Assembly (NCBI GenBank): GCA_963754925.1
Contig: CAVWHX010000003.1
Span: forward strand, 480,001-544,000
DNA length: 64,000 nucleotides
DNA from: an uncultured delta proteobacterium
GTDB lineage: Bacteria; Myxococcota; B64-G9
Reading direction: 5' to 3'
Of the stretch, positions 39,847-48,385 are shown in pieces. Position numbers and translations under genes: made by a program. Below the pieces are notes generated by a model that saw only the letters and a list, made by a program, of their open reading frames with translations, was not told where the DNA came from and ran no database searches. Positions within the stretch are counted from its first letter, which is position 1, and every line of letters begins with the position of its first letter.

Positions 39847-41181
39847 TTAAAGCACCAACTCCTCGACAAACTCCATCAATTGGTTGAGATTCCGACACGC
39901 CCGAAGCTCATGGCAATAGGGTTCGTAGGCGCGCATCTCGCTGTCGCCCGTGTACCAGAGCGGTTGCGGTTCCGGATTAAGCCATATCACCCGCCGGCTG
40001 CGGTCGCGCATCTCGGCCAGAATGCCGTCCTCGGGATGCATATAATTGGTGCGCCCGTCTCCGATGATGATCAGGGTGGTTTTCTTGTCCAGGGTATGCA
40101 GGTATTGCTTTCGGAACTGACGTAGCGTCGCGCCATAGTCAGTCGATACGTTGTATTTAAGGTCCGCCTCTTTCAGGACCTTGTCGATGGCCTGGTTTAC
40201 GTCGTTGTCTTTAAAAATTTTCGTAACCTCAGCCAGGCCGGCGACGAAGATGAAGCTCTTCACTTCGGAAAAGCACTCTTGCAATGAGTAGAGCACGTTG
40301 AGCATGAATCGGGCGGCCGACCAGACCGAGCTCGACACATCGCACAGGGTGACTATACGCGCTTTACTTTTTGGATGGTGCCGGTAGCGAATCTCCATCG
40401 GCACCCCTTGATAGCGCTGGGCTTGCCTGAGTGTCTTTTTCACATCCAGCGTTCCCCGGCTCATCGTAATGGAACGTCGATTGACGATATCCTTGAGCTT
40501 TCTCACCAGCCGGCCGATGACCTCGCGCACCTCCAACACTTCCTGCTGGGTGAGAAGGCCAAACGGACGCTCCCCGAGGCTTCGGTAATACTGTTCGTGA
40601 GCCTCGGTCCTTCTGACCAGGTCATTGTCCGGTCGGGGCTCCTCGGTAAGCAGCGAAAACGCCTGTCTGACACGGCCGTTGATCTGTCCTTCCAGCGCGT
40701 GCTCTCCACGTACCGCGAGCCTCTGCAAGACGAGATCTCGTACGGTGTTGAGTGCAAGCATCAGCTCGAGACGTCTGCCCAACGGCGCCAAGTTGAACCG
40801 CCCCTCGTGCGGCATTTCCTGGATCGATTGCAATAGATCGAGAAAGGCCAAGGGATCGCCGGAAAGAAAATCCGCTACCGCGGCTTGCCTCGCATCGCCG
40901 GCCACGTGGTGCCTGATTTCGCCCAGAACATCCTCAGCGCCGGTGCGGCGCCCCTCCCCTTCACAACCGAGATCGTGAAAGAAAAGATCGTAAACACGGT
41001 CGAACCTGCGTTGCTCTCGCTTGCTTTTAACGAAGTTCGCCCTCAGCGCGGTCTTGAATACCGTTTCATCGAAGGGGTCAATGAGCGGCAGGTGGTTGAT
41101 GCAATCCAAGACCTCGGCGGTGGAGACGCGCAGGTCCGAAGCCCGCAGGCAGGACACAAAATCGAGAACGAGATTGAGCAT
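39847..41181 (-). CDS. CoxE-like VWA domain protein
   Basis: LDVKKTLR, LCDVSSSV (MIDAS-like), TDYG, IIGDGRTN and VIWLNPEP motifs. Confidence 0.9.
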   Translation of the reverse strand: MLNLVLDFVSCLRASDLRVSTAEVLDCINHLPLIDPFDETVFKTALRANFVKSKREQRRFDRVYDLFFHDLGCEGEGRRTGAEDVLGEIRHHVAGDARQAAVADFLSGDPLAFLDLLQSIQEMPHEGRFNLAPLGRRLELMLALNTVRDLVLQRLAVRGEHALEGQINGRVRQAFSLLTEEPRPDNDLVRRTEAHEQYYRSLGERPFGLLTQQEVLEVREVIGRLVRKLKDIVNRRSITMSRGTLDVKKTLRQAQRYQGVPMEIRYRHHPKSKARIVTLCDVSSSVWSAARFMLNVLYSLQECFSEVKSFIFVAGLAEVTKIFKDNDVNQAIDKVLKEADLKYNVSTDYGATLRQFRKQYLHTLDKKTTLIIIGDGRTNYMHPEDGILAEMRDRSRRVIWLNPEPQPLWYTGDSEMRAYEPYCHELRACRNLNQLMEFVEELVL

Positions 41182-41182
41182 G

Positions 41183-42100
41183 TTATGGTCGTTCGGGGCT
41201 CATCGTCGCGATCTTCTCCAGGACGCGTTGGGAATCGGCCTTATACTTGACCAGCACACTCAAGGTGCTCGTCACCACTTCCGGCGAGAGGTCTTCGATC
41301 TGCAGCGCGATCAAGGAGCGCGCCCAATCCAACGTCTCGGAGATGCACGGTCGTTTCCTGAGGTCCAGCTCGCGGATGGCGCGCACAGTGTCGACCACCT
41401 GATCCAGAAGCCGCGCCTTAATCCCGGGGATGCGCGACGTGACAATGCGCTTTTCCAATTCCTTTTCCGGATAATCGATATAGAGATGGATGCAGCGGCG
41501 CTTCAGGGCGTCGCTCATGTCGCGGTAGTTGTTCGAGGTAAGCACTACAAAGGGAATGTTGAGGGCTTTTTTGGTGCCGAGCTCAGGAATCGACACCTGA
41601 AAGTCGGACAGGATCTCCAAGAGAAATGCTTCGAATTCGGGATCGCTTTTATCCACCTCGTCGATAAGCAAAACGACGGGCTTGTTGGAACTAATGGCTT
41701 GCAGCAAGGGCCGCGGTTGGATGAATCGCTCGGAGAAGAACGCGTCCTCCTGGGCTGCGATCCGGTCCACGGCGTCCGCAAGAGTGCGTGAGCCGGAGAT
41801 GAGATCGCCAATCTTCTCCTTGACCATCTGGGTATAGAGCAGTTGCTTGGCGTACTCCCATTCATACAGCGCCTTGGCCTCATCCAACCCTTCATAGCAC
41901 TGCAAACGGATGAGCTCCCTGCCCAGGCCGCTCGCAACCGCTTTCGCAAGCTCCGTCTTGCCGACTCCAGCCGGGCCCTCCACCAAAACAGGTTTGCCGG
42001 TCCTGCCTGCCAAAAACACAACCGTGGCGATTTCGCGTGACGGGATGTACCCGGCCTTTTCCAATACCTGCTGCACCTGCGAAACATTTTGGAATTCCAT
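41183..42100 (-). CDS. MoxR-family AAA+ ATPase (CoxD-like)
   Basis: EGPAGVGKT, RLQCYEGLD, LLIDEVDK, LTSNNYR and DALKRRC motifs. Confidence 0.93.
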   Translation of the reverse strand: MEFQNVSQVQQVLEKAGYIPSREIATVVFLAGRTGKPVLVEGPAGVGKTELAKAVASGLGRELIRLQCYEGLDEAKALYEWEYAKQLLYTQMVKEKIGDLISGSRTLADAVDRIAAQEDAFFSERFIQPRPLLQAISSNKPVVLLIDEVDKSDPEFEAFLLEILSDFQVSIPELGTKKALNIPFVVLTSNNYRDMSDALKRRCIHLYIDYPEKELEKRIVTSRIPGIKARLLDQVVDTVRAIRELDLRKRPCISETLDWARSLIALQIEDLSPEVVTSTLSVLVKYKADSQRVLEKIATMSPERP

Positions 42101-42258
42101 GCCGAAAAACTCCACATTGATTACTTTATCAATAGCAGGTATGCCTCGGTTAGGCAAGCGACTAATCCTGTGCTCGCTCCGTTAGATCTTCTTCGCGTAC
42201 CATGCGTCATAAGCCTTAGGTTACTTTTACGTCTCATCTTCCAATAGGGAGGAACGCC

Positions 42259-43407
42259 ATGGTTTTCACAAGGAATGCTTTTCTGTTTGCAGCCATCGCT
42301 GGTGTTTGTTGTCTTTCACTGGGCGCCGGGGCCGAACAAAAGCCCGCAGATATAGAGGCGCGGCCAAAAATCGACGTCGTGTTTGCTTTAGACACCACCT
42401 CGAGCATGAGTGGTTTGATTCAAGGCGCAAAAACCAAGGTATGGTCGATAGTCAACCAGATCGCCTCGGGCAAACCCACCCCTGAGATCCGCGTGGGACT
42501 GGTCGCCTACCGCGACCGCGGTGACGACTACATTACTCAGGTTACCGATCTAACCTCAGACCTCGACGCCATGTACGCAACCCTCATGGGTTTTGCGGCC
42601 GAGGGAGGGGGCGACACGCCGGAGAGCGTCAATCAGGCGCTGGCGGATGCGGTCAACAAGGTTAGCTGGCGGCAGGGCGGCAAGGTGCTCCGAATCGTCT
42701 TTCTGGTGGGCGATGCGCCGCCGCACATGGATTATACAGACGACGTGAAATATCCCGAGACCTGCCGACAGGCTAAGAAAAAAGGCATCATCATCAACAC
42801 CGTCCGCTGCGGCAGCGATAGTCAGACTGAAGCTGAATGGCAGAAGATCGCCCACCTGGCCGAGGGCAGCTACCTGTCGATTGCTCAGTCGGGCGGGGTG
42901 GCCGAGGTACGCACTCCCTACGACGAGGAAATTGCTAAAGTCGACCGCGATATGCGCGATACCGTGGTCTTCTACGTCCGCGGTGAGGAGCGCAAGAGGG
43001 CCGTCGGAGCCATGAAAATGGCCGAAAGCACCATGGCCGCCGCACCGGCCGAAGCCAGGGCCGAGCGCGCCGCTTATGCCGCGAAGGCGGGCTCCGGTCC
43101 GGCCGGAGTGTATGCCCGTAGCGATCTCGTGAAAGCCGTTGAAGACAAGTCCGTGTCAGTCGACAAACTCGGCAACGCCGATCTGCCCGACGAGATCAAG
43201 AACATGCCCAAGGCCGAACGCGAAACCTTCCTCATAAAAAAGGCCGAACAGCGACATGCGTTGGAAAAAAAGCTCGCCGAGCTCAACCAGTATCGCAGCG
43301 CCTTCATCGCCGACACAATGAAGAGAGCCAATAACAAGGACGGTTTCGACAACAACGTAATCGAACTCGTGCGCGAGAAGGCCAAAAAAATAGGCGTCAG
43401 TTATTGA
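42259..43407 (+). CDS. Secreted VWA domain protein
   Basis: Signal peptide; LDTTSSM, GLVAYRD, GGGDTPESV and VGDAPPH motifs. Confidence 0.88.
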   Translation: MVFTRNAFLFAAIAGVCCLSLGAGAEQKPADIEARPKIDVVFALDTTSSMSGLIQGAKTKVWSIVNQIASGKPTPEIRVGLVAYRDRGDDYITQVTDLTSDLDAMYATLMGFAAEGGGDTPESVNQALADAVNKVSWRQGGKVLRIVFLVGDAPPHMDYTDDVKYPETCRQAKKKGIIINTVRCGSDSQTEAEWQKIAHLAEGSYLSIAQSGGVAEVRTPYDEEIAKVDRDMRDTVVFYVRGEERKRAVGAMKMAESTMAAAPAEARAERAAYAAKAGSGPAGVYARSDLVKAVEDKSVSVDKLGNADLPDEIKNMPKAERETFLIKKAEQRHALEKKLAELNQYRSAFIADTMKRANNKDGFDNNVIELVREKAKKIGVSY

Positions 43408-43450
43408 CAACGCAACGACAATGTTAGAAGAAGGTTGCCAGGAAGTATGT

Positions 43451-44413
43451 ATGATAATCAGTGCAAGCCGCCGCACCGACATTCCCGCGTGTTACCCTAT
43501 TTGGTTTATGAATCGGCTACGAGCCGGCTACTGTATGGTGCGCAATCCCTTCAACCCCCGGCAAATACGGCGCGTGTCGCTCCTGCGTCAGGATGTGGAT
43601 GCGATTGTTTTCTGGACCAAAAACATACGACCTTTTTCGCCGTCTCTTACTGAGGTTACTTCAATCGGCCATCGGTTTATGGTGCAGTTTACCCTCAACC
43701 CCTACCCTTCAATTCTCGAGCCCGCTCTTCCGCCACTCGACCATCGGATCGCAGACTTCAAAGCATTGAGTCAACTAATCGGTAAAAGCAGGGTCATCTG
43801 GCGCTATGATCCGATCATTATCTCGAACCAAACACCTTTTTCATTCCATCGCCAGGCGTTCTTGGCACTCGCTGAGCAGCTTTCGGGAGTTACCGAGCGC
43901 GTGGTCGTAAGCCTGGTTCAACTCTATCGCAAGACTCTGCGCGGATTGATGGAGCTCGGCGCGCGGGGTTTGACCCCTAAAGGGATAAGAGACCGTAAGC
44001 CTCTCTTCGTTCGGCAACGGTCTCTAATCTTTGAACAGCATGCGGCTGATTCGGCTGAGATGAACGAACTGCTATATTTTCTATCAAAGACCGCTGGCAG
44101 CCACGGCCTCGAGATTGTATCCTGCGCATCCGAGCGCGATCTCAGCGCGCTTCGGATTTCGCCGGGACGATGTATTGACGGCGAGCTATTCACTTCATTG
44201 TGGGGGCTTCACGGCCCCTGGAAGAAAGATCCCGGCCAACGTCCAGCCTGCGGCTGCACGGTCAGTGTCGATATCGGCGCTACGAACACCTGCCAAAACG
44301 GCTGCCCCTACTGCTACGCAACCACAAACCACGAACAAGCCCGCATTCAATTCCTACAACACGATCCAGATGCCGAAATTTTGGATTTCTCGTCGCGCTG
44401 CTCCTCGAAATGA
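43451..44413 (+). CDS. DUF1848 domain protein carrying an in-frame 18-aa palindromic insertion
   Basis: MIISASRRTDIPA, VFWTKN, WRYDPI and DPGQRPACGC...DIG...TCQNGCPYCYA motifs. Confidence 0.92.
   Translation: MIISASRRTDIPACYPIWFMNRLRAGYCMVRNPFNPRQIRRVSLLRQDVDAIVFWTKNIRPFSPSLTEVTSIGHRFMVQFTLNPYPSILEPALPPLDHRIADFKALSQLIGKSRVIWRYDPIIISNQTPFSFHRQAFLALAEQLSGVTERVVVSLVQLYRKTLRGLMELGARGLTPKGIRDRKPLFVRQRSLIFEQHAADSAEMNELLYFLSKTAGSHGLEIVSCASERDLSALRISPGRCIDGELFTSLWGLHGPWKKDPGQRPACGCTVSVDIGATNTCQNGCPYCYATTNHEQARIQFLQHDPDAEILDFSSRCSSK
43974..44027 (+). repeat. ~50 bp hairpin element, copy C (54 bp, in-frame within the CDS)
   Basis: 45 bp core is 38/45 identical to copy B; 4 of the 7 differences are compensatory (TT/AA to CC/GG). 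Confidence 0.9.
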
Positions 44414-44449
44414 CATAACAGTTGTCATTTCGACTGAAGGGAGAAATCC
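44383..44449. repeat. REP-like inverted repeat of a second family; supplies the DUF1848 stop codon
   Basis: GGATTTCTC/GAGAAATCC outer arms and TCGAAATGACA/TGTCATTTCGA inner arms, between convergent genes. Confidence 0.75.
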
Positions 44450-44456
44450 TTTTAGC

Positions 44457-44780
44457 TCATACCTTAATCTTGCAGACACCGAACCCCGCCCACTCGCTTA
44501 TTGGTGTTGTCGAGGTAAGGACAAACCCTTCTCCAGCCGTATCTGCGACATATGAAATCGTTATATCACCCACGTCCTCTTCGGTCTCGCGGCTGATGAC
44601 AAAGGTCAAACCATCTAATTCGTAGGTCTGATCGTCTTCGCGAACACTGTCCACGCTAAGCCCAAGTACGGCGTCGCAGCAGCCGCTGGACTGCAGTTCA
44701 ATCCGCAGCGGTTTCTGCAACCCCTTCTCGGAGAGAAACGACCTGATGGCACGACCCGCACCTGGCCCTAACGTGACCAT
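44457..44780 (-). CDS. HesB/IscA-family protein
   Basis: PLRIELQSSGCCDAVLGLSVD...DGLTFVI pattern; 107 aa. Confidence 0.82.
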   Translation of the reverse strand: MVTLGPGAGRAIRSFLSEKGLQKPLRIELQSSGCCDAVLGLSVDSVREDDQTYELDGLTFVISRETEEDVGDITISYVADTAGEGFVLTSTTPISEWAGFGVCKIKV

Positions 44781-44802
44781 ACGAACAACCCACTCCGTTG
44801 TC

Positions 44803-45390
44803 CTATCGCATCATCGGCATAATGCCTAACCCAAAGATGTTGAAAAAGATCGCTGAAAGGACGGCGCTGATAATTGCATAAACAATGATCAAAACAACGA
44901 TGCTTACCACCAGATAGACCACCACCTTGTCCTGCGGCGTTTTCATCATCAAAGGAAGTCCAAGGTATAAGAGGTAAAGGCCGTATAGGCTGGCGAGCAC
45001 CACCAGTATGCCGAGAACCGGAACGATGTATAGAACGCCCGCCACCCATGCCGGGGTGAAGGAATAGGCAACCAATTGGACAGCCCGTCCCAGATTCTTC
45101 TCCGAACCAAAATTCGGCGCGAGGAGATCAACAACAAAAGCCGTTAGGTACACACCGACGAACGCGAGGACAAGCTGTATTACCGCCGTTGTAAGCCCCA
45201 GGCCGACCGATCGGAAACCCGACCTGCCGATCACGATGTAGCCAATGAGACTGGCGAACGCGGAAATGAGCGCCAGCGGAAGGACGTAGCCGGTAAATAT
45301 TTGTTTTATATCAGGTTGTTCTCCTGCAATGACCTGCCATTCGTTTTTCGGGGTAAGGATAATGTTCTTTGCCCTATCAACGATATTCAT
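44803..45390 (-). CDS. Yip1-family membrane protein
   Basis: RAKNIILTPKNEW, LVAYSFTPAWVAG and YGLYLLYLGLP motifs; 5 TM segments. Confidence 0.88.
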   Translation of the reverse strand: MNIVDRAKNIILTPKNEWQVIAGEQPDIKQIFTGYVLPLALISAFASLIGYIVIGRSGFRSVGLGLTTAVIQLVLAFVGVYLTAFVVDLLAPNFGSEKNLGRAVQLVAYSFTPAWVAGVLYIVPVLGILVVLASLYGLYLLYLGLPLMMKTPQDKVVVYLVVSIVVLIIVYAIISAVLSAIFFNIFGLGIMPMMR

Positions 45391-45637
45391 GGCGCCTCCC
45401 AAAGAAAAAGTTGAACAACACAGCAAAAACCCGAATAACTGTGTATGCCCTTTATGCGAATTTGCATACCATGTGGCTTTTTGCTCAAAATGTCAAATGG
45501 TCGTTTCGGAACCGGGGAATACTTTGTTCAAGAACTTTTTGTTTTGAAAGAAATGACGTTCGGTATTAAGCTTGCGTCGATTAATGTTGAATGGCCCACA
45601 TGCTTCCTTAGAAACCCAAAGGAGTCGCCAAAACAAA

Positions 45638-46537
45638 ATGTTGAATGCAATCCGATACGCCATTGTCAGACTTCTCATCCGATTCTTCTGTCGGCAGGCA
45701 AAGGCCAAAAATTATTTGGCCATAAGAAAATGGGAAGAAAATATTCTGAAAAAATATCTTCCAATTCCCAAAAAATGCATCATCACCCCTGTAGATGTAG
45801 CCGGCATACCTGCTGAATGGGTCAGCTGGCAGGGCGTAGATGCGCGAAGAACAATCCTCTACCTCCACGGCGGCGGTTATGTGTTGGAATCTCCGATAAC
45901 GCACCGATCCCTCGTGTGCCGATTTGTTCGCGCCTCCGACGCACGGGCTCTGGTTATTGATTACCGTCGCGCCCCAGAACATCCGTATCCGGCGGCGGTC
46001 GAGGACGCTTTGACTACCTATCGGTGGCTTCTGGATAGCGGCATTGAACCTTCCCACATTGTCGTCATGGGTGATTCCGCCGGCGGTGGGCTGACCCTTG
46101 TTCTTCTCCAGAACTTGCGGGATCGCAAGATTCCCCTCCCGGCCTGCGCCGTGTGCCTATCACCCTGGACAGACCTCAGCTGTTCCGGGGATACCATGAA
46201 GAAAAACCTACGCAAAGACCCGGTATTATACGCTCCGATCATTCCTGATTTCGCCCGCATGTATGTACCGGAGGGCGACCTTGCCCAACCGTCTGTGTCG
46301 CCCCTTTTCGGCGATTTCTCGAACCTGCCTCCTATATTGATACATGTGGGAACGGACGAAATATTTCTCGACGATTCCCGCCGAGTGGCAGAAAAGATCT
46401 CGAAAACCAACACCCCAGTGGAACTCAAGATATGGCCGCGCATGATTCACGTGTTCCAATTCCTTGCGCCGATACACCCTAAGGCCCGAGAATCAATACA
46501 AGAAATAGGAAACTTTTTAAAAAAACAGATACCCTAA
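45638..46537 (+). CDS. HSL-family esterase/lipase
   Basis: HGGG, DYRRAPEHPYPAA, GDSAGG, SPWTD and HVF motifs. Confidence 0.93.
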   Translation: MLNAIRYAIVRLLIRFFCRQAKAKNYLAIRKWEENILKKYLPIPKKCIITPVDVAGIPAEWVSWQGVDARRTILYLHGGGYVLESPITHRSLVCRFVRASDARALVIDYRRAPEHPYPAAVEDALTTYRWLLDSGIEPSHIVVMGDSAGGGLTLVLLQNLRDRKIPLPACAVCLSPWTDLSCSGDTMKKNLRKDPVLYAPIIPDFARMYVPEGDLAQPSVSPLFGDFSNLPPILIHVGTDEIFLDDSRRVAEKISKTNTPVELKIWPRMIHVFQFLAPIHPKARESIQEIGNFLKKQIP

Positions 46538-46755
46538 GAATGCCGGATGTGTCCTCTGTGGAAATGCTGTGGATAACTTCTATTTTATATCCGCTTGAGT
46601 AGTGCTGCCATGACCCTATCGTATTGAATTGTCTACCGTTCACAGACCGTCTTTCAGTAGTGCCATAATTTGCCACAAATGTTATAATTACTCTACTCGT
46701 TCCGAGAAAGAATTTTTTGGAAGGAGGCGATCGTCCGCATGACCTCACGGATTAA

Positions 46756-46881
46756 GGTTTGGCTTGCTGTGCTGCCGACTCACCGCCGGGTGTGACGTGG
46801 CTGCGCCTGGGCGGCAACCGCTGGACCGCGTATAACTGGGAGACAAACTACTCCAATGCGGGAAGCGATTGGGGCCCGTAA
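46756..46881 (+). pseudogene. Internal remnant of a glycoside hydrolase family 44 gene
   Basis: A 41-codon stop-bounded frame reads ...WLRLGGNRWTAYNWETNYSNAGSDWGP, matching the GH44 RxGGNRxTxYNWExNxSNAGSDW motif. Confidence 0.75.
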
Positions 46882-47026
46882 GTAATCACCCCATCGCCCC
46901 CTATCAAAAAATCATGTTATTTCTATAGTGTAAGGCGTTTTTACTTGACACAAAACCCGGCGGATAATAAGAGCGAGATACTTATCACGGCCGATGGATG
47001 GCCACTGTAGAAGGGTAATTAACCGG

Positions 47027-48187
47027 GTGGCAGGTAATACGTTCATAGCCGATATCCACGACCGCGACCGGGTCTTTGGTGTATTCTTAGCCCAGCAAAA
47101 ACAGACGCCCCTCAACAAAAACGGTAAACCCTACCTGGCATTAGTCTTGATGGATTGCACCGGCACGATCGAGGCGCGCATCTGGGACAACGTCGAACAA
47201 TATGCAAGCCAATTCAGTGCTGGTGATTTCATCGAGCTGCAGGGCACGGCCCTGGCATATCAGGGGCGCATTCAATTGCGCGTTGAAAAAATTCACCGCG
47301 TCAGCCCGGAGAGTGTTGATCCCGAGGATTTTTTACCGTCCTCGTCGCGCAGTCGCACCGAGATGCTCAACCGTGTCCGCGCGCTGCTTGAAAGCTTGTC
47401 CAACCAGGACCTGCGAGCGCTGCTCCTTATGCACCTGGACAATCCGGCATTTCAAGAAAGCTTTGTTCTGAGCCCGGCCGCGAAGACCATCCACCATGCG
47501 TACCTTGGTGGATTGCTTGAGCATACCCTTATGGTGATGGAGCTCGCCGACCGGATATGCCAACTCTATCCGGTGCTCGATCGCGACCTCCTTGTCGCCG
47601 GCGCCCTGTTGCATGATTTGGGCAAGACGCGCGAGTTGGAATACGAGCGCTCGTTTGATTACACCGACGAGGGTCGCCTGATCGGCCATCTCGTCGGTGG
47701 AGCTATGATGTTTAACAAATGGGCCGAAGAACAAGGACGCCTCCCCGAGGAACTGACGCTCAAGCTCACCCATATGATCCTGGCCCATCACGGCTCATAC
47801 GAATTCGGCTCGCCGAAGCGACCTAAATTTACCGAAGCCATGGTGCTCAACTACCTCGATGAGCTTGACTCCAAATTGCAGGCCATGGCCGCCATCAGCC
47901 AACGCGAGGCCGGCCAGCGCTGGACGAGCTACCAAAAGTTTTTCGACCGATATATTTTCCTCGGCACCCCAGCTGCGCCGAGCGGCAATGAGGAACGCCC
48001 CGAATCGGATTCCGCGGAATCCGCACCGCCGTCCTTATTAGAACCCCGACCGTCGTCCGCGGAGCCGTTGCAACAGTATCCGTTTGAGCCGTTCGTCCGC
48101 AAACAGAAGGAAAAAGAAGAGGGCGACGTCGGTCAAACCGGAGACCTCTTCGAACGCAAGCCGACTCCCGGGCGGGATGAACCATAA
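47027..48187 (+). CDS. yhaM: YhaM/Cbf-family 3'-5' exoribonuclease (OB + HD)
   Basis: KNGKPYL...DCTGTIEARIWD, PAAKTIHHAYLGGLLEH, LHDLGK and HHGSYEFGSP motifs. Confidence 0.9.
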   Translation: MAGNTFIADIHDRDRVFGVFLAQQKQTPLNKNGKPYLALVLMDCTGTIEARIWDNVEQYASQFSAGDFIELQGTALAYQGRIQLRVEKIHRVSPESVDPEDFLPSSSRSRTEMLNRVRALLESLSNQDLRALLLMHLDNPAFQESFVLSPAAKTIHHAYLGGLLEHTLMVMELADRICQLYPVLDRDLLVAGALLHDLGKTRELEYERSFDYTDEGRLIGHLVGGAMMFNKWAEEQGRLPEELTLKLTHMILAHHGSYEFGSPKRPKFTEAMVLNYLDELDSKLQAMAAISQREAGQRWTSYQKFFDRYIFLGTPAAPSGNEERPESDSAESAPPSLLEPRPSSAEPLQQYPFEPFVRKQKEKEEGDVGQTGDLFERKPTPGRDEP

Positions 48188-48239
48188 TCTTAGGATAAGA
48201 AAAAATTTTACGTTGTTTTAGTCCGACAGGAGCGAGGTA

Positions 48240-48369
48240 TGGATTCCAGCCAAGCCCACAGGATAAGAGACTGTAACTCCCTTCGGTTGTAACATTCTCT
48301 AACCGCACGCCGCCTCCGCGGGAATGACGCATATTTTGTCGTCGTCATCCCCGCGAAAGCGGGGATCCA
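48240..48369. repeat. Inverted REP-like doublet whose left unit carries nested insertions
   Basis: Right unit CGTCATCCCCGCGAAAGCGGGGATCCA (48343-48369); the left unit rebuilt from 48240-48246 plus 48310-48329 is 23/27 identical in reverse complement. Confidence 0.82.
48255..48302 (+). repeat. ~50 bp hairpin element, copy D (48 bp)
   Basis: CCCACA-GGATAAGAGACTGTAACTCCCTTCGGTTGTAACATTCTCTAA; same ends as copies B and C. Confidence 0.85.
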
Positions 48370-48385
48370 GAATCATTGCTTTCAA

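Noticed and set aside
44457..44780. Selenoprotein form of HesB-like protein
   Set aside because: The motif is encoded as Cys-Cys with no in-frame TGA.
48190..48222. GGATAAGA followed by a weak stem as a fifth hairpin copy
   Set aside because: Only the left-end motif matches; the inner GCC/GGC and the right end are absent.
9328..48302. Hairpin copies as CRISPR repeats, attC sites or intrinsic terminators
   Set aside because: Dispersed rather than arrayed; no cas or integron integrase; no RYYYAAC/GTTRRRY ends; no U-tract; one copy lies inside a CDS.
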